Positions 26,090 through 39,565 are shown, counted from the first letter of the stretch. The stretch: DNA of 64,000 nt from Camelus dromedarius (GCF_036321535.1 NC_087450.1:35588001-35652000); one strand, 5' to 3'. Notes: generated by a model from the letters alone, not told the origin. Numbers and translations are program-made.

Positions 26090-26225
26090 ACTCAGCATTG
26101 GGCTGAAAACTCAGACCTGGGTTGAAGATCCCATTTCATCTCTTACTAGTTGTGAACATCATGTTTCTCTTTCCTCAAAATCAAGATAATAATACCCAAT
26201 TCAGAGCAGTGGATAAGGTCTTAAT
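26090..26225 (+). mobile_element. MIR fragment
   Basis: ctcagacctgggttgaagatccca...cttactagttgtgaac...gataataatacc. Confidence 0.65.
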
Positions 26226-29200
26226 AAATGAGTCTTGAAAAAAAAAAAATCCTGCCGTCTCTCTGTTCCTGGGATCTGGTTGGCCATTTTGCAAAGATGA
26301 TTTTGTGTGAGGTTGTACTCTGTGGCTTAGAGGGCTCATTTATAATCATGTTTCCATCTCTGACGTTCCCTGCATATAAAACTAAACTATCAAAATGTGT
26401 GAAGGTGAGAATGGAGGAAGGTCAGAGCCTGCCCCTATCCATGTAGGCATGAAGCTTGCTCCTTCTCAGGGGTACAGGGATCTGCCCCTTTTAGCTCCTG
26501 AAGAAGTGTAGGGAGCATCCTCTACTGCTCAGCTGCACAGAGCAGCAGGGACCACTGGTGAGCGGCTGTTTGCAGGGCTGACATGCACTGGCCAGACTTC
26601 ATGGGAAAGGAGACTGAGGGAGCAAATGTGACTTAACCATTCAGGACTAAGCAACAACAAAAATAAGAAAGTTAGAAAAATATATTTTTAACAAAAAACT
26701 ACATATATATTTTTCAATGAAATCTTCTGGAAAAAGATGGAAATGGGATTCATGTGCAGGACTTTCTACTGATAAGAAATTTGTTTTCCAACCTAACTTC
26801 CCAAGGATCTGGGCTACATATTTGTAGGTATTCTATATTATGGGCCAAGATCACCGCTTCTCTTAAATCACTACAATTACACAATTACAAGCTTGATTTT
26901 CCTCAACTCTGTCAAAATCCCTGGGTGAACAACCACACAGTTTTGATTTTCAGAATGAAAAAAAAAGTGGGGGAGGGGTGGATAAATATGCTAGACCACT
27001 GCCTTTTCTGGTTATCTTCATTCTGTCTGAGCACAGATCTCTGTTTTCAAAGCCTTCCTGGTCAATGACAGTCTAGCTCGATCCCATTGTCAGTATTGGG
27101 AAGGCTATGAAGGATATATTAGCATCCAGATTCTTCTGGAGGTGGGGTTGTTGTGCACGTGGCACAAAGGACAGCTGAGCCGAAGCCCAGATGCAGAGCT
27201 GTGCTTCGATGTTTTCAAGGGCCGGGGGCCAGAGAAAACGGAGTAACCTCCATTTTCATTCTTTGCGCTTTGCCTTTGCTTTCTTTCGTAATTTTGGAAA
27301 GGGCTGTCACAGAGGCGTGTGTTGGGAAGATGGAAATCTTCCTCCAGTTCATTGGCAGCTGATGGCTCTTGCGTAGGTGTCTCTGAGAGGGAGGCTTTGA
27401 ACAAACACCTTTAAAGTGGTCCCTGATGAACCACGTAACACTCTCCAGATGACTTGTTCTCTGAATAACGGTTTGTTATTTTCTTTTATGGGTCATTGCC
27501 TGTCAGAGAGCCACATGTTTTACCATTTGTTTAACTTGTGTTTTAGGCTTATCAAAAAGTCAAAGATAATAATGACGTCCCACTCTTACTACAACGCCAG
27601 GACAATTGGACGAGAAGCCATGAAATTAGGGGAGACACTAACTTCATTACATATTCACTTTCATATCCTGCTCCTCCCATTGAAGGGAAAAGGGAAACAG
27701 AGTTCACAGTGTTTGGATTTTATTTTGTTTTGTTTCTGCTGATGGGGCCAGTTGTTCTGACATCATGTTTCACCCTCACTAGCTCCTTGATTGTCTCAAG
27801 ATCTAGTAGAATTGTCATCTTGATAAAATGAAACTAATGGCTTGATAAAGAATCAAGACTTTTTTGACAATAAGTGAATGAGAGAGAAAACAAATGAAAA
27901 TTGGATCCTTCCAGAAAGAACTTTTAATGAGGCAGGACTAATTGGGTATAAGTGTAGGTTATCACTGCATTGACAAAGAAGTAAGTCTAACTCGAGGATT
28001 TTCAAGACTGATGGTGTTGTTTGGGGGTGGTGGGCTTAGGGATATGGGAGGGCTGATGGGAACTGTGTCTGCATTTGTTCAGAGGTCAAGTTCCCCTTGC
28101 AGGCAGCGTTTGGATACTTACAGTAACTGTTCTCTTTTACTGGGCAGGACTTGTCACAGGGATAATGATGATCCTTTTAAAAATTGCTGGCAACTAATAC
28201 CAGCAAGAACAGGGCTTCACCCTTCCCCTAAACGCCTTGGCATGTTTTCCTTTCGGTGCTAGACTGAACCAAGCAAAGTGTGTGAGATTGAAACAGACAC
28301 ATCTCACCTAGCATTCCAGTTGGGGGAAGGAAAGGCTCTTGGGAGCCAAGTCTTTTAGCTTCCATTTATATTTTAAATCTTGGATAATAATAATAAGCCA
28401 ATAGTCTGTCTGTGCCTGAGTGCAGTAAGGAATGTCCGTATGCAAACTTTGAAACTAGACAGTCTTTGCATTTCAGTGCGCGGTATGCATGCTCTCAGTA
28501 GGATACTCAGTGTTGGCTACTGTACAGTTGCACAAGTCTTTACCCTCTGCTGGATGTGAAAAGAGACTTTATCGGGTAACCGTGACACCCAGGCTCTTTT
28601 CTCCCACATGTTGCTTAGTCATACTGTGTTTTGTACCTGGGGTGAGGAAGCTGATTGGGGGAGGTTCTCCCGGATCAGAAGTTACTCCCTACCACAACTC
28701 CAACCTTAAGGATTTCCAGAACATTTTCCTTTCAGATTTAGTTAAGTTTCCCAGCACACCTTTGAATTAGGTAAGGAACATAAATGCCACAGAGGGAGGG
28801 AGGAGGAAAAAAAAAAAACAGGAAAAGTGGCATTTTCCCGCATTTTGTTGTTCTGCTGTTACAAGGAGGAGAAAAGGCTGCAGCTGATGCAGCAGCTCTG
28901 GCCATAAAGCTGTGCTCTTTGACTGGTGGAGCTGGTTGGAGAAATTAGAAGCCAGGAGCTAATCCACTGTTACCACACTTCTTTAGAAGAATAAACAGAC
29001 TCCTGTGACTGACCAGTTTTGGGTATTAGATCAGAATGAAGTCAGGACAGCTTTATTCCACTCAAGATTTGAGTGAAGACAAAGCCTCAGAGCAGCAGGA
29101 TGAAGAGTCACTTCCTGAGGATCAGGGACCATTTACCTTTTATAACCATCATTAGCAGATTCCAGCTCACAGACACTCCCCTGGGAGCTGGTGTTGAAGT

Positions 29201-30149
29201 AATCGCCACTCCTGCTCTGCTTCTTGAAAAAAGAAGTCCATTTTCTAAGATGTGGCTTTCCCTTTCCAGAACTTCCCAGCTCCATCTCCTTAAAGCTTTC
29301 CTTTGGAAGTTGCCTAAAGGGAGCAGAGCCCTATTCGGGCTCTGAAATGCACCTCCTTCTCTGTTGGAGCTGGCCAGAGCCTAGGCTGGGCCGGAGCAGA
29401 GGACTCTCTCTTCAGAGAGACTTTCACAAATGCTAGTTGAGACTCCAGAGTCCTGAGCCAGAGCTCATAAGTCCTGCCTGATGTGACTTGCCATTCACGG
29501 CGATTCTTGGCCAGGGCCTGGGTAGAAAGGGCTATGAGACGTCGCTGTGTTTATAGCACCTTTCAGCTCCGGCACTGAGAATGCTGACCCGCACAAACGC
29601 TTTTTTGGTTTTTACTGCGTTTTCCAGAAACTGTAAAAGGCAAAAGAGCTCCCATTCCTCATTCCAGCCATGCCATCTGACAGCATATTTCCCATACCCT
29701 TTTCCACACGACCACAAAAATGTCTTGGAGATCAGATTCTCTGAAAAGACTAGAAAATTTTCCCCCTGCCCTGTCCCTGGGAATGGGGCCATGTTAGCAA
29801 AAATCAAAGAGCCCCCCTCGTGAGGAGGTGGCTCAGGAAGTGTTTTGGGGAAGATTATATATCACAGGTGACTCTTGCGAAGTCTCGCTGTAATTTATCA
29901 GTTCATGCCATTAAACCCAGGCAGGCAAGTTACAAGTGCAAGACATAACAGGAGGTAGAAAGATGGATCAGGCTGCTTCTAGGTTATTGTCCACCAAGAG
30001 AGCCATGTAGATTAATTTAAAAATGCATAGTATTTATGCTAACAGGAATACAGACAACCTGAGAAGGTGCTGTATATGAGATTAATTCTGTCTGAGAAAT
30101 TCCAGTGCTGGTTTGCCCATGTCTCCTTTTGCACAGATCATTCCTCCTG

Positions 30150-30445
30150 CCTGAAGAACCTTTTCCTGGCTATCCTTTCAGGGACTCCAAGACGTCAGTC
30201 TGGTGTCCCCTCTTCTTAGGAACCTTCCCTGATCCTGCTGATCTGTTTCGTTGTCTCTCCTCAATTTGCTCCTGTATTTATCTCCATCATGGAGATAATG
30301 ACTTTACTGTTTGGTGTTTGACTTCCTGGCTAAAATGTGAACTCCTGAAGGCAGGGATAATTTTTTTTTTTTTATTTTTTAATTTCAGTATCCCCCAGTG
30401 TCTGGATGTCACTCTGTTTTCAAAAGGAGAGAATGAATAGATGAA
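30150..30445 (+). mobile_element. L2 3' fragment
   Basis: ctaaaatgtgaactcctgaaggcagggat...tatcccccagtgtctgg...gaatgaatagatgaa. Confidence 0.6.
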
Positions 30446-32824
30446 AGTCAAGTTCATTAAGCATGACAGTGTTGCAACTTTGGGGCTTATCAAAGCTTCG
30501 TGACTGAGGGCAAATGTGATATTTGTGGGTTTTGACCGCTGGCTTTTTTACAGCAAGAAAGAGTAGTTATCTAAAAATGGAATACATATTTCCATCTACT
30601 TATGTGAAAAATTCTCTGTGGAGCTTTGCAGAAATGGATTTTTGTTATTTTTCCATTCGAACAGATGTTTGATCCTGTGACTGTGAATGGCGAAATTAAA
30701 TTTCAGGACTTTTAAGGAAGCGAAGATAACCTGCTATTTTCTACTGTTTATGTCCTCAGGTTTTATCATCATTAGATTCTTTTATACCAGCAGACGTTCA
30801 CAGTTTAGAGTCATATTTTAGTCGGGTTTACATTGTCAGTGTTCATGTCTGCTTCTGCAATTTGCATGGGGCAGGGATAATCCTAAAAAGCTGTAACCAA
30901 TATCTAAAAGGCTGTGATTTTCAGTTCTTTATTGTCCTTATCTACTTTTCAGTGTGGCATTCAGTGCTTTTCATATCTTGCATTCAGAAATACTTTATTC
31001 TTAAAAAAAAAAAAAAGGTGGATCCCACGATTTTAAATACCACGTGGTCTATCCCATACAGATGTATAATAAGTAGAATTTATTTTCTCAGAATGGAAGA
31101 GGCAGGAAACAATTTTTTTAAATCAAACATTTATATAATGCTTTCTCTTTACCTGCCATAATCCTAACATTTCACAAATATGAAGGAGCTTAACACTGAA
31201 AACAATCCTATGATATTATTATTACCTCTTTCTTACAGATACAGAAACTCAGGAATCAAATGTTAACGTAGGCGGGTTGAAGAATAAGCAATCAAAGATT
31301 GAATAGCAAGTGCAAACAATCGGAGGACCAAGAGCTAGAGATTCTTAGTGATGTCTGCACACTGGAGGGATGTTAGAGCTGAGAAACAGAAGGTGTCGGT
31401 TTTCACCCTGGTAATAGATTTTACTTTGTGTGCCAGTGTGCTTTAGGTTTATCCCATTTTCTAGGCTACCATAGTGACTTCTTCCTTTGAAAGAAGGACT
31501 GGAATAGGATTTCCAATGCACACTTGGGAAAAGAGGTGTCAGACCCCATCAAATATAGACTCAGACACAGCACTTCCCAAATCATGTTCATGTGCAATAG
31601 AAGTTGGTTAGTTTACCCTAAAGAGCATTGCTTCATTCCTCACATTAGGAATTGTTCCACTGAGTTTCAAATATCACAATGCCTGAAACTGAAATGCTAT
31701 TAATCTCTTCTTCTTATGCTAAAGAAGTTACCGGTCCCTCAACTTAGTTAAGTAATTTTTTCTCAGCTTCTGCTTTTTTTATTCAAAGTCATTTTCTGTT
31801 TCACCAGCATTTGAAAAAGTCGCTTTTTTAAAAACCTGTGTTATAGATCATTGCTAAGTTGTCCAAGTGCCTCGTGAATGCCTGGATGCTGTGTGCCTGA
31901 AGTGTAGTGTAAGGGAGCCAGAAAATTGCTAGTTGAAGGACATGCTGTCTAAAACGGGAGTGAAATTAATAGCAGTCCCTGGAGGCTCAGCTCTTGGACT
32001 CCTCGTGATTTGGGGCACAAAAAGACAACAGCTGTAAACCGCTCGTAAATAGCTGTGGACCACACATTTCAAAACGTCTGCATCAATGGGAAAAGAGTTC
32101 TGATTCTTAAAATTACAGACTCGATTCAGAGTTTGGGTCTTGTAAAATAATCAAGTTGTCACGTCTTAAAAGTCTGAGATCAAATTTAAAATTCCATGGC
32201 TCTGGAGTAACCATTAAGGCCCAGAGCAACCAATATTTAAGCATCTGGGCTTTGAAGACAAGTCAAAAATGTAGAGGAAATCATTACAATATAAGAATGG
32301 AGGGAAAAGCTATAAAAAAAAATGAGTATCGATTAAACTGTACAAGGTTTTTAAGAGCTCAGATGTCAGATGGGGCATTCTATTTTTTTATACAGGCATT
32401 AGTTACAGAATAAGCTAGATATGCAGAAGGAAAAGAGAGATCAAAGGCCTCCTTGTCGTAAGTCCAGACATCCCATCAGTGTGTGCCCTGGAAGGAAAAA
32501 ATGAAAGTGAGGTCAAAATGCCCTTAATCGCCAGAGCTCATTCTCTAGCACTGAAGTATATTGCTTTGCCCACATTTGGCATTAGATGCTTTTTTTTTGT
32601 ATGTATGTATGAATGAATAATATACAAAGTAACACTAATTTCCTCATATCATTATTTTGCGAAGCCTTTATTTCAGAGATCCAAGTGAATGAATTATAGC
32701 GTTAATGGCTGCTATAAAATAATCATTGCATATTTTAAAAAGACCGAAATCAGAGATGCCATAAACAAGATTGTAAAAAGCAAAAGTTTGTTAAATCACC
32801 TCAGGAAATGCTGAGATACCTGCA

Positions 32825-33050
32825 AATTGCCCGGCCAAATCCTAGCTCCATCATGTAGACTGTTAAGTTACTTTGCCTTTCTGTGCCTTGGTTTCCCTGT
32901 CTGTACAATGGGGATAATGACATAGCTACCTGATAGCGTTCGTATTAGAATTAAATATGTTTATTTATATTTATATATATATATATAGTTGATATGTATT
33001 TAGGACAGTGCCCAGCACAAGCAAACAACTGTGTACCTATTTCTTGTCAT
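32825..33050 (+). mobile_element. MIR
   Basis: caaatcctagctcc...ctttctgtgccttggtttccctgtctgtacaatggggataatga. Confidence 0.85.
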
Positions 33051-33114
33051 TCTTATTCTTGTTCTTATTTTTTAAATTTATCTGCACAATCAAATAAGAA
33101 GTATCGTTGATTTT

Positions 33115-33265
33115 ATTGCATTCTGTTGAGTGTTTACAGTATTTCAGACACTGTGCTAAATACTTTGTAGCGATTATTTCATGTAATTTTTATGACAGTC
33201 TTAGGAGGTAGCTATTACTATCCCTCTTTTAAAGATGAGAAAACCAAGCACAAACTTGTCAGAGT
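33115..33265 (-). mobile_element. MIR
   Basis: cagacactgtgctaaatacttt...taggaggtagctattactatccctcttttaaagatgagaaaacc. Confidence 0.85.
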
Positions 33266-35478
33266 CCTTCACCACACCCCTCCCTGAATATTTTATATCA
33301 TCCATTTAAAATAAGGGAAAATTGGAACATTAAACCATTCGTCTAATATTTTGCTATTAATTTGACTGATCTTAAAATCTTATAGCAAATCCAAATGCTT
33401 CAACTTTGGTGCACTTTCCCAGTAGAGAAAGGAGTGAATTCATGTATTTATGGTCTACCTACTGCTTGTGGAAAACAGGCACGTGGGCCATTATAATTTC
33501 CTATCTCTATTTAGCCTCAAGTTGATATAAGGGAAAGAAAAAGTGGGTGACGTACAATACAGCTTCAACCCTTGTCCCTTTACGGGGGGCCTTCTGAGAG
33601 CCAGTCTCCATCTGTAACCAGCAGATGCTAAGTAGAAGCATCTCTTATTTCCGTTTCATAAGCATTTGTTCTTTTCTACGGGGATATATAACTTCTAGCC
33701 ATTTATAATTTTTAGGTGGCCATATAGTATTGTGATTTACTGTCAGCAATGACACTAGTTTTCCAATGAAAATAGCAAGAATTTCCTTACCTGCATTTCC
33801 TGCGGCACAAATTGAAGCCTGTTGATATGTATGTATCGTTGCCAAATCTTCCATGAAGCTTCTCTTCATGAGCATTTGTCAAATGCTCAAGAGACTTTCA
33901 CATCTCTTGTTCCCATCCCTCCACATAGAGTTGAACAGTCTCTCTGACAGTCTCATTTTCAGGACCACCTGACTCCATGGCTTTGACCTGACTGTAGTTT
34001 GGAAAGTCTTGAGGCACAATTTCCATTGCCGTTTGGTATTGGGCTGGGCAGCCAAGCTTTGCTCTTGCTAGTTTATTTTTAATCCTAGAAATGATGTATT
34101 TATTTATACAATGAGCAGATGTGAATAAATGGGTACACAGAGGTGGGGCTAATCGCATGGTAAGATGCAGTGCCTTAAGTTCACTCAATTGAAGACAACC
34201 ATGTGAATATCATCGCGGGAGTCAAACAGCAGGGGAAGGGGCAGCGTCCAGTGTATTCCATTTGGAAGGACTGCTCCACATCTCCCTGTGGTCCTCTGAC
34301 CCCCGACTAGTCAGTGAAGGAAATGAGCCACTGTGACTAAATGATCCAAAAGCAGGGGTGTGGTGCCTTCTTTATAAGGGGCTGGAGAGACTGAAGGGCA
34401 GGGCCGTCAGGGAGGAGCATAGCCCCTTGCCTGCATAGGACACCCAGCACCCCGGGACTCAGAGCACTCCCCCCTCCCACCCAGAGAAGTGAGACCACCT
34501 CTCCGTTCTCTGGCCAAGACAGGTGACTGACAGCCCAACTGAGCTAAAATGAAGAGAACATGGCCTATGAACCATTTCTTCCTCCTCCTCTTGGCTCAGC
34601 AAGTGCCCTTTAGTGAGTCACTTATCAGGAGTTTCACCCCATCCTGAGGCACTAAACCAGAGAGAGGAAAAGTTCAGACTGACCTAGAAATTCTGGGGTG
34701 TCATTTAACAACCTTATTTAGTTAATTACTGATAACTGAGCCACACTTTCAGAGTAGAGAGTTATGCCTGCCTCTTATTGGCCCTTATTAGAACTAATAA
34801 ATAACATCTAATTTTGGATCCTTCGGGGCTTTCCATATGGTGTATACTTAAAGTTTCTGACTTCAAGATTTTCCCCCCACAAATCAGTGAGCAGGACTAG
34901 GATTTGTGCACCCTAGGGAGCTTCTTCTTGGCTTATCTGTTCTCAGGAAGTCTCTCCTTATACTTCTTAATTACTCAGAATATTTGGGGTGTGTGCGTCT
35001 TCCCACGGAGAGCCCAAAGTAACTCTGCATAACACATCTTGTAGTACACGCAGGGTGTGTGTCAGTGCTCCGTCTGATTTGCCATAGACTGTGGTCACAG
35101 AGTGAGCTCAAGGGTGAAATTAGCTCAGACTAATTTAGAAACATTTATTTAGCATATGTTCTCTAAGTAAAACATCGAACAGCAAGCACAATGGTGACGA
35201 GAAGTGGGAAATATTAAGATGGCAATGCCTGGTGCACTGGCACCTAGGCTAGGAATTAGGAGTGCATGCTTATTCTGACTGGGCCAGTGGTTAAGCTAGT
35301 GTGACCTATAGACGCATGTGGCAGGGTCGGCCGAGGCGCGGTGACCTCACCCAGTCCTTACTGTGCAGTCTCTCCATTGTCAGTGCTGGGACCGTGGCTC
35401 CTCACTCCTATGTTACCAGAATCCTTTGATTTTCTAGGGAGCTTCTGTTATTATGTTAAGATGCTTTCATCTGCACCA

Positions 35479-35630
35479 GGGGGAAGGGTGTAGCTCAGCG
35501 GTACAGCGTGTGCTTAGCATGCATAAGGTCCTGATTCAGTCCCCAGTACCTCCATTTAAATAAATAACTAGATAAATAAATAAAAAACCTAATCCCCCCC
35601 CACCAAAATAAATAAATAAATAATTTTTAA
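35479..35630 (+). mobile_element. Camelid tRNA-Ala-derived SINE (Vic-1-like) with TSD
   Basis: ggggaagggtgtagctcagcggtacagcgtgtgcttagcatgcataaggtcctg...ccccagtacctcca, then (aaat)n and aacctaatccccccc. TSD is aagatgctttcatct (35458-35472) / aaggtgctttcatct (35631-35645). Confidence 0.92.
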
Positions 35631-36039
35631 AAGGTGCTTTCATCTTTGCAAATTAATTCATATGAAAAAAAGGGGTGTGTGCAGGATTAGAGGTGGGAAT
35701 ATGGGTAGAACCTTTCTGCCCCTCCTCTGCTTCTCATCATGGCCACCAGCAAAGAAACCTCCCAGAGTGATGAAGTTCTCATTTCAGGGACAGATCCCTA
35801 TTACGATCTAGGATAGGTGCTCACTGTGTATGTGCTGATTAAATGAGAACAGGGCAGAGCCAGGAGAAGGAAATGGGAATTAAAAGGTAAACTTTGAACA
35901 TCAGCAAAAGTTGACTCAGAATCAGAAAACCAATCAATCAGTGGGACCCTAGAGGGGAAAGAGTGGACCATGGCTGTTTTTTCACTGCTCTGTCACAGTG
36001 TCTTGTAAATACATGATGCTCAGCAAATACATGTTGAAA

Positions 36040-36790
36040 TCATTCTTTCAACAAATGCTTCAGTGCCTCTGATGTGTGAGGCCCTGTTCTTGGTCACTGG
36101 GAATCCCCTGCCCTCAGGCATCCTCCCCAGTCTAGTGGCAGAGAAAATAATCAACAAGGAAAAGCAGCAAACAAATGCAAGGTTGGGTAGTGAAGCAACT
36201 TGACAAATAAATCTGTACGTCAGTTAGGAGGGTAGAGAGTGAAGGACGGGGTTGGGTTTTAGTGAGGATGCTCAGAGAAATTCTCTGAGGAAGTGACATT
36301 TCACTGGATCTGGAAAGAGGGGAAGGAACAAACCATGGAAAGAAGTGGAGTCAGCTTTCCAGGCAAAGGGCATGCATGACCAAGGCCAAAGAGAGAGCTG
36401 GCCTGGGGAGCTTGGGGAACAGCAGAGAGGAGGTGTTGCAGGAGCCCAGTGACCTGGGGAGAGGAGGGAAAAGAAGATCGGAAAGGAGATGTGGGCCCAG
36501 CCAGGTAGGGCTCAGTTGGCCATGGTGAGGGACTTGGGAGGCTGGTTCTAAGTGTAAGAGAAGGGCATTACAGGGTTTTGAACATGAGAATGACATAATA
36601 TGACTGTGTTTTCTGTGCTTTTAAAAATTACTCTGCCTTCCATGTGGAGAATTAGCCTGGGGCTGGGCAGATTTGGATATAGGGCCCTAGGGGACCAGTG
36701 AGGAAGGATGAGTGGATAATCTAGGTGAGAGGGGATAGGCCAAAATGATGGTGGTAGCAGTGAAGGTGATAAACAAAGGGATCTGCAGAA
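36040..36790 (-). mobile_element. L2 (long 3' fragment)
   Basis: cattctttcaacaaatgc...tctgaggaagtgacattt...ttccaggcaaagggcatgc...ttttaaaaattactctg. Confidence 0.85.
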
Positions 36791-36912
36791 AACCAGCCTG
36801 AACTACTTAAAGTTTCCTGGAAAGATAACCCACAAAGATAGCCTCCTCCTAGCTTCTTACCTAGTCTCCTTTGAACCTCTGGGGACCTCCGTCCTCCCCA
36901 CCCCTTACCCTG

Positions 36913-36937
36913 TGTGATAGGCAGAATAATGTCCCCC

Positions 36938-37005
<68 letters not shown>

Positions 37006-37408
37006 TGTCCCTGTCCCAATGCCCAGAACCTCTGAATATGTTACCTGACTTAGCAAAGGAGATTTAGAAGATGCGATTAAGCTAAGGACCTAAAGATGGG
37101 AAAATATAATCCTAGATTTCCCAGTGGGTCCTGTCTAATTATGTGGGTCCTTAAAAGCAGAGAACCTTTGCTGTCTGGAGTCAGAGGCAGATGTGACTGT
37201 GGACAAATGGTCAGAGAGATGGCAACATTGCTGGCTTTGAAGATGGAGGAACGGGCTGTGAGCCAAGGAATGTGGGTGGACTCTAGAAGGTGGAAAAGAC
37301 AACAGAACAGATTTTCCCCTAGAGCCTTCAGAAAGGATTACAGCCCTGCTGACACCATGACTTTGGGGAGAGACCAGTCTAGGACTTCCAATCTACAGAA
37401 CTCTAAGA
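36913..37408 (+). mobile_element. MLT1D-like MaLR solo LTR
   Basis: tgtgataggcagaataatgtcccc...gaatatgttacc...gctggctttgaagatggagg...agccaaggaatgtggg...cagccctgctgacacc. Confidence 0.9.
36939..37003. repeat. Perfect (AC)32 microsatellite inside the LTR
   Basis: 65 bp of uninterrupted AC repeat. Confidence 0.98.
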
Positions 37409-38809
37409 GCCCAGGACCCATGGGCTCTCACGCTCCTTTGTAATTAATAGCTTTCTGCTCTGAGACTGTGCTCATATCTTCTTGCTTTAAAATTCTTTAT
37501 GCCGTTCTATAGAATCTTTCCTGTAATAGAAATAGTAAGAGTAGGGTTGAGCCACTGCTCTTTTTTATGTCAGGCTCCTTGACTCTCTTGGGTCTCATAG
37601 ACCCATCATCCTCATGGTTTTTGTAGGAACTGGAGTGTCTGTAAACCTCGTGGACATCCTGAGTTCGTATGTGGAATTATTACACTCTCCAAATTATGTT
37701 TCTTAATTTCACGCTGCTCTCTAAACAGCAAGTGAGGTTATTTTTGAGTTAGAAATACATCATTTGGGGAGCTTAAAAGCTTTTAACAAGTTTGTTCCCT
37801 ACTTTACCTTGGGGGATAATTGGCTTTATGTGTTTTCTTGCCATTGGAACTCTTTTCCCTTAGAGTGTGGACTCTCTCTGACCTCTCTTAGCTCTGGGGC
37901 TCTCGCTTACTGAGGGAGGCAGGGGAGTAGGAGCCCTTTCAGGACTTTGGAGTTTGCTGATACAATGGAATAGTTTCCAGAAAGCAGCTTACCAACTGTG
38001 ACCTATTTTCTGCCCTTATATGTGTGCATAGGAATCCAGATGGTTTGATTAAATTTAGCCTCTCCTGATTCTAAAGGGAACACTTTTCAGCATGGAATAT
38101 AGTGAATTATCCTCATGATTGCCATTAACCTTAATGGGGGGTACCAAGGCATTCCCCATATTCTGGGCTGCAAATGCATCCCTAATGCTTGCTAAAGGGA
38201 CAGTTCTTCTGTTTATAGACCATCTGGCTCCTAGTATTGTGCAAGTGCATGAAACATTTCTTGCCCCAAGAATGTGCATTTCGAGGCAGCTGGACATAGT
38301 ACAGCACTCCTCAGACTTTAGTTTATGTTGAGAACTATTTATTGAGTTGCTAAAAATGGAGATTCCTAGGTCTGTTTTTCAGGAATTCTGCCTTAGTGCA
38401 TCTGGGACAGGGCCCCGGAAGCTCCATCTCTAGCACCCATAGCCCACGCCCTAGGGACAGGAGTTTGGGGAAAGTTGTTTCAATCTCTCCTAACTTTTGA
38501 TGACTCATTTGATTATAAGACTGCAGGTGTCAGCATGATGAGTTCCTTTTTGGCATTAAGTGTGATAAAATATTGGGAAGAACACCCCCCACAATTCAGT
38601 CATTTTGTTTCCCTTCTCCCTCCCATCCCACTGACCAAGAGAAAGGTGCTCAACTGGAAAGGGAGCTGCTACTCACAAGTCTGCCTCCTGCCTTCCTGCT
38701 GATCAGACTCAGGAGACAGGCAGGAAGAGATCTGGGAAGGGCCCTGATTGTCACAGAGGAGGGAATTGCTCCAGAATAGTCCACCGTGCACTGGAAGCCC
38801 ACCTGAAAC

Positions 38810-39075
38810 TCACAGGTGTTCCTTCTTCTCCAGTAATGTGAGGAAAGTAATATCTACGTTTAAAGTTGTTATGAGAATTCAAAACATGATTAATAAAATT
38901 CCTAGCACCCTCTGCCCCATAGTAGGTGCTTAATAAATGACAGTCTTTCTTTTCTTTCTGATTCATTAATTCAATAAATAGTTTCTGAATCCCTTCTGCA
39001 CACCAGGGACTGCAGTGGCTGCTGGAATGGACAGGCAAGTCCATGTTTCCTGCTTTCACAGCACTTACAACTGAG
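38810..39075. mobile_element. MIR 3' part (+) followed by L2 3' end (-)
   Basis: catagtaggtgcttaataaatg, then ttcattaattcaataaatagtttctgaatccc...cctgctttcacagcacttac. Confidence 0.65.
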
Positions 39076-39565
39076 AGCATCCAACCAGGCAATTATAATA
39101 CTGTGTGTGGAAAACTTAGTGTCTTTCTCTGGACTGGTGTTCCTTTGAGGCAACCATAGGACACAAGAAAAAGAAAAGCATTGTACACAGGATACTGGTG
39201 TAACAGGAAAATGTTAATGAAAAAAAAGATCATTTGTCCGTGTTACAAGCCCACTTACTAAGTAAATGTTACTATGTTTCTAGGATAGCAGTCCACATCT
39301 TTTTCCTGTTTCCATCCCTTACTTCTGTCACTTACAAATGATAAGGGCTATGGCTGAAGTTATCTGGAGACAAAAGACTCATCTAAGTGACTCAAGCAAA
39401 TATAATCTTTCTCCATCGAGGGAAGGCTCCAAGATCCTATTAATACATCAGCAAAGCCCATGCTCTTGTGTTTTCTTGCTTTATACCCCAGTTAATGAAT
39501 GAAAGTGTTTCTATATTTGAAGGTGGTAGAAGAATTCTCTCTTTTTTTAATCACTCTATTTGTTG

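Noticed and set aside
29581-29823. 80-aa ORF with a pyrimidine-rich acceptor
   Set aside because: No recognisable homology and no convincing donor within the frame.
30665-30715. EF-hand-like peptide MFDPVTVNGEIKFQDF after a plus-strand acceptor
   Set aside because: Loop spacing does not fit a canonical 12-residue EF loop, the frame stops immediately and no partner exons were found.
32825-33265. Inverted MIR pair as a dsRNA hairpin
   Set aside because: The copies are too diverged for stable pairing, and such arrangements are common.
37096-37443. 115-aa ORF
   Set aside because: Lies almost entirely within the MLT1D-like LTR; incidental.
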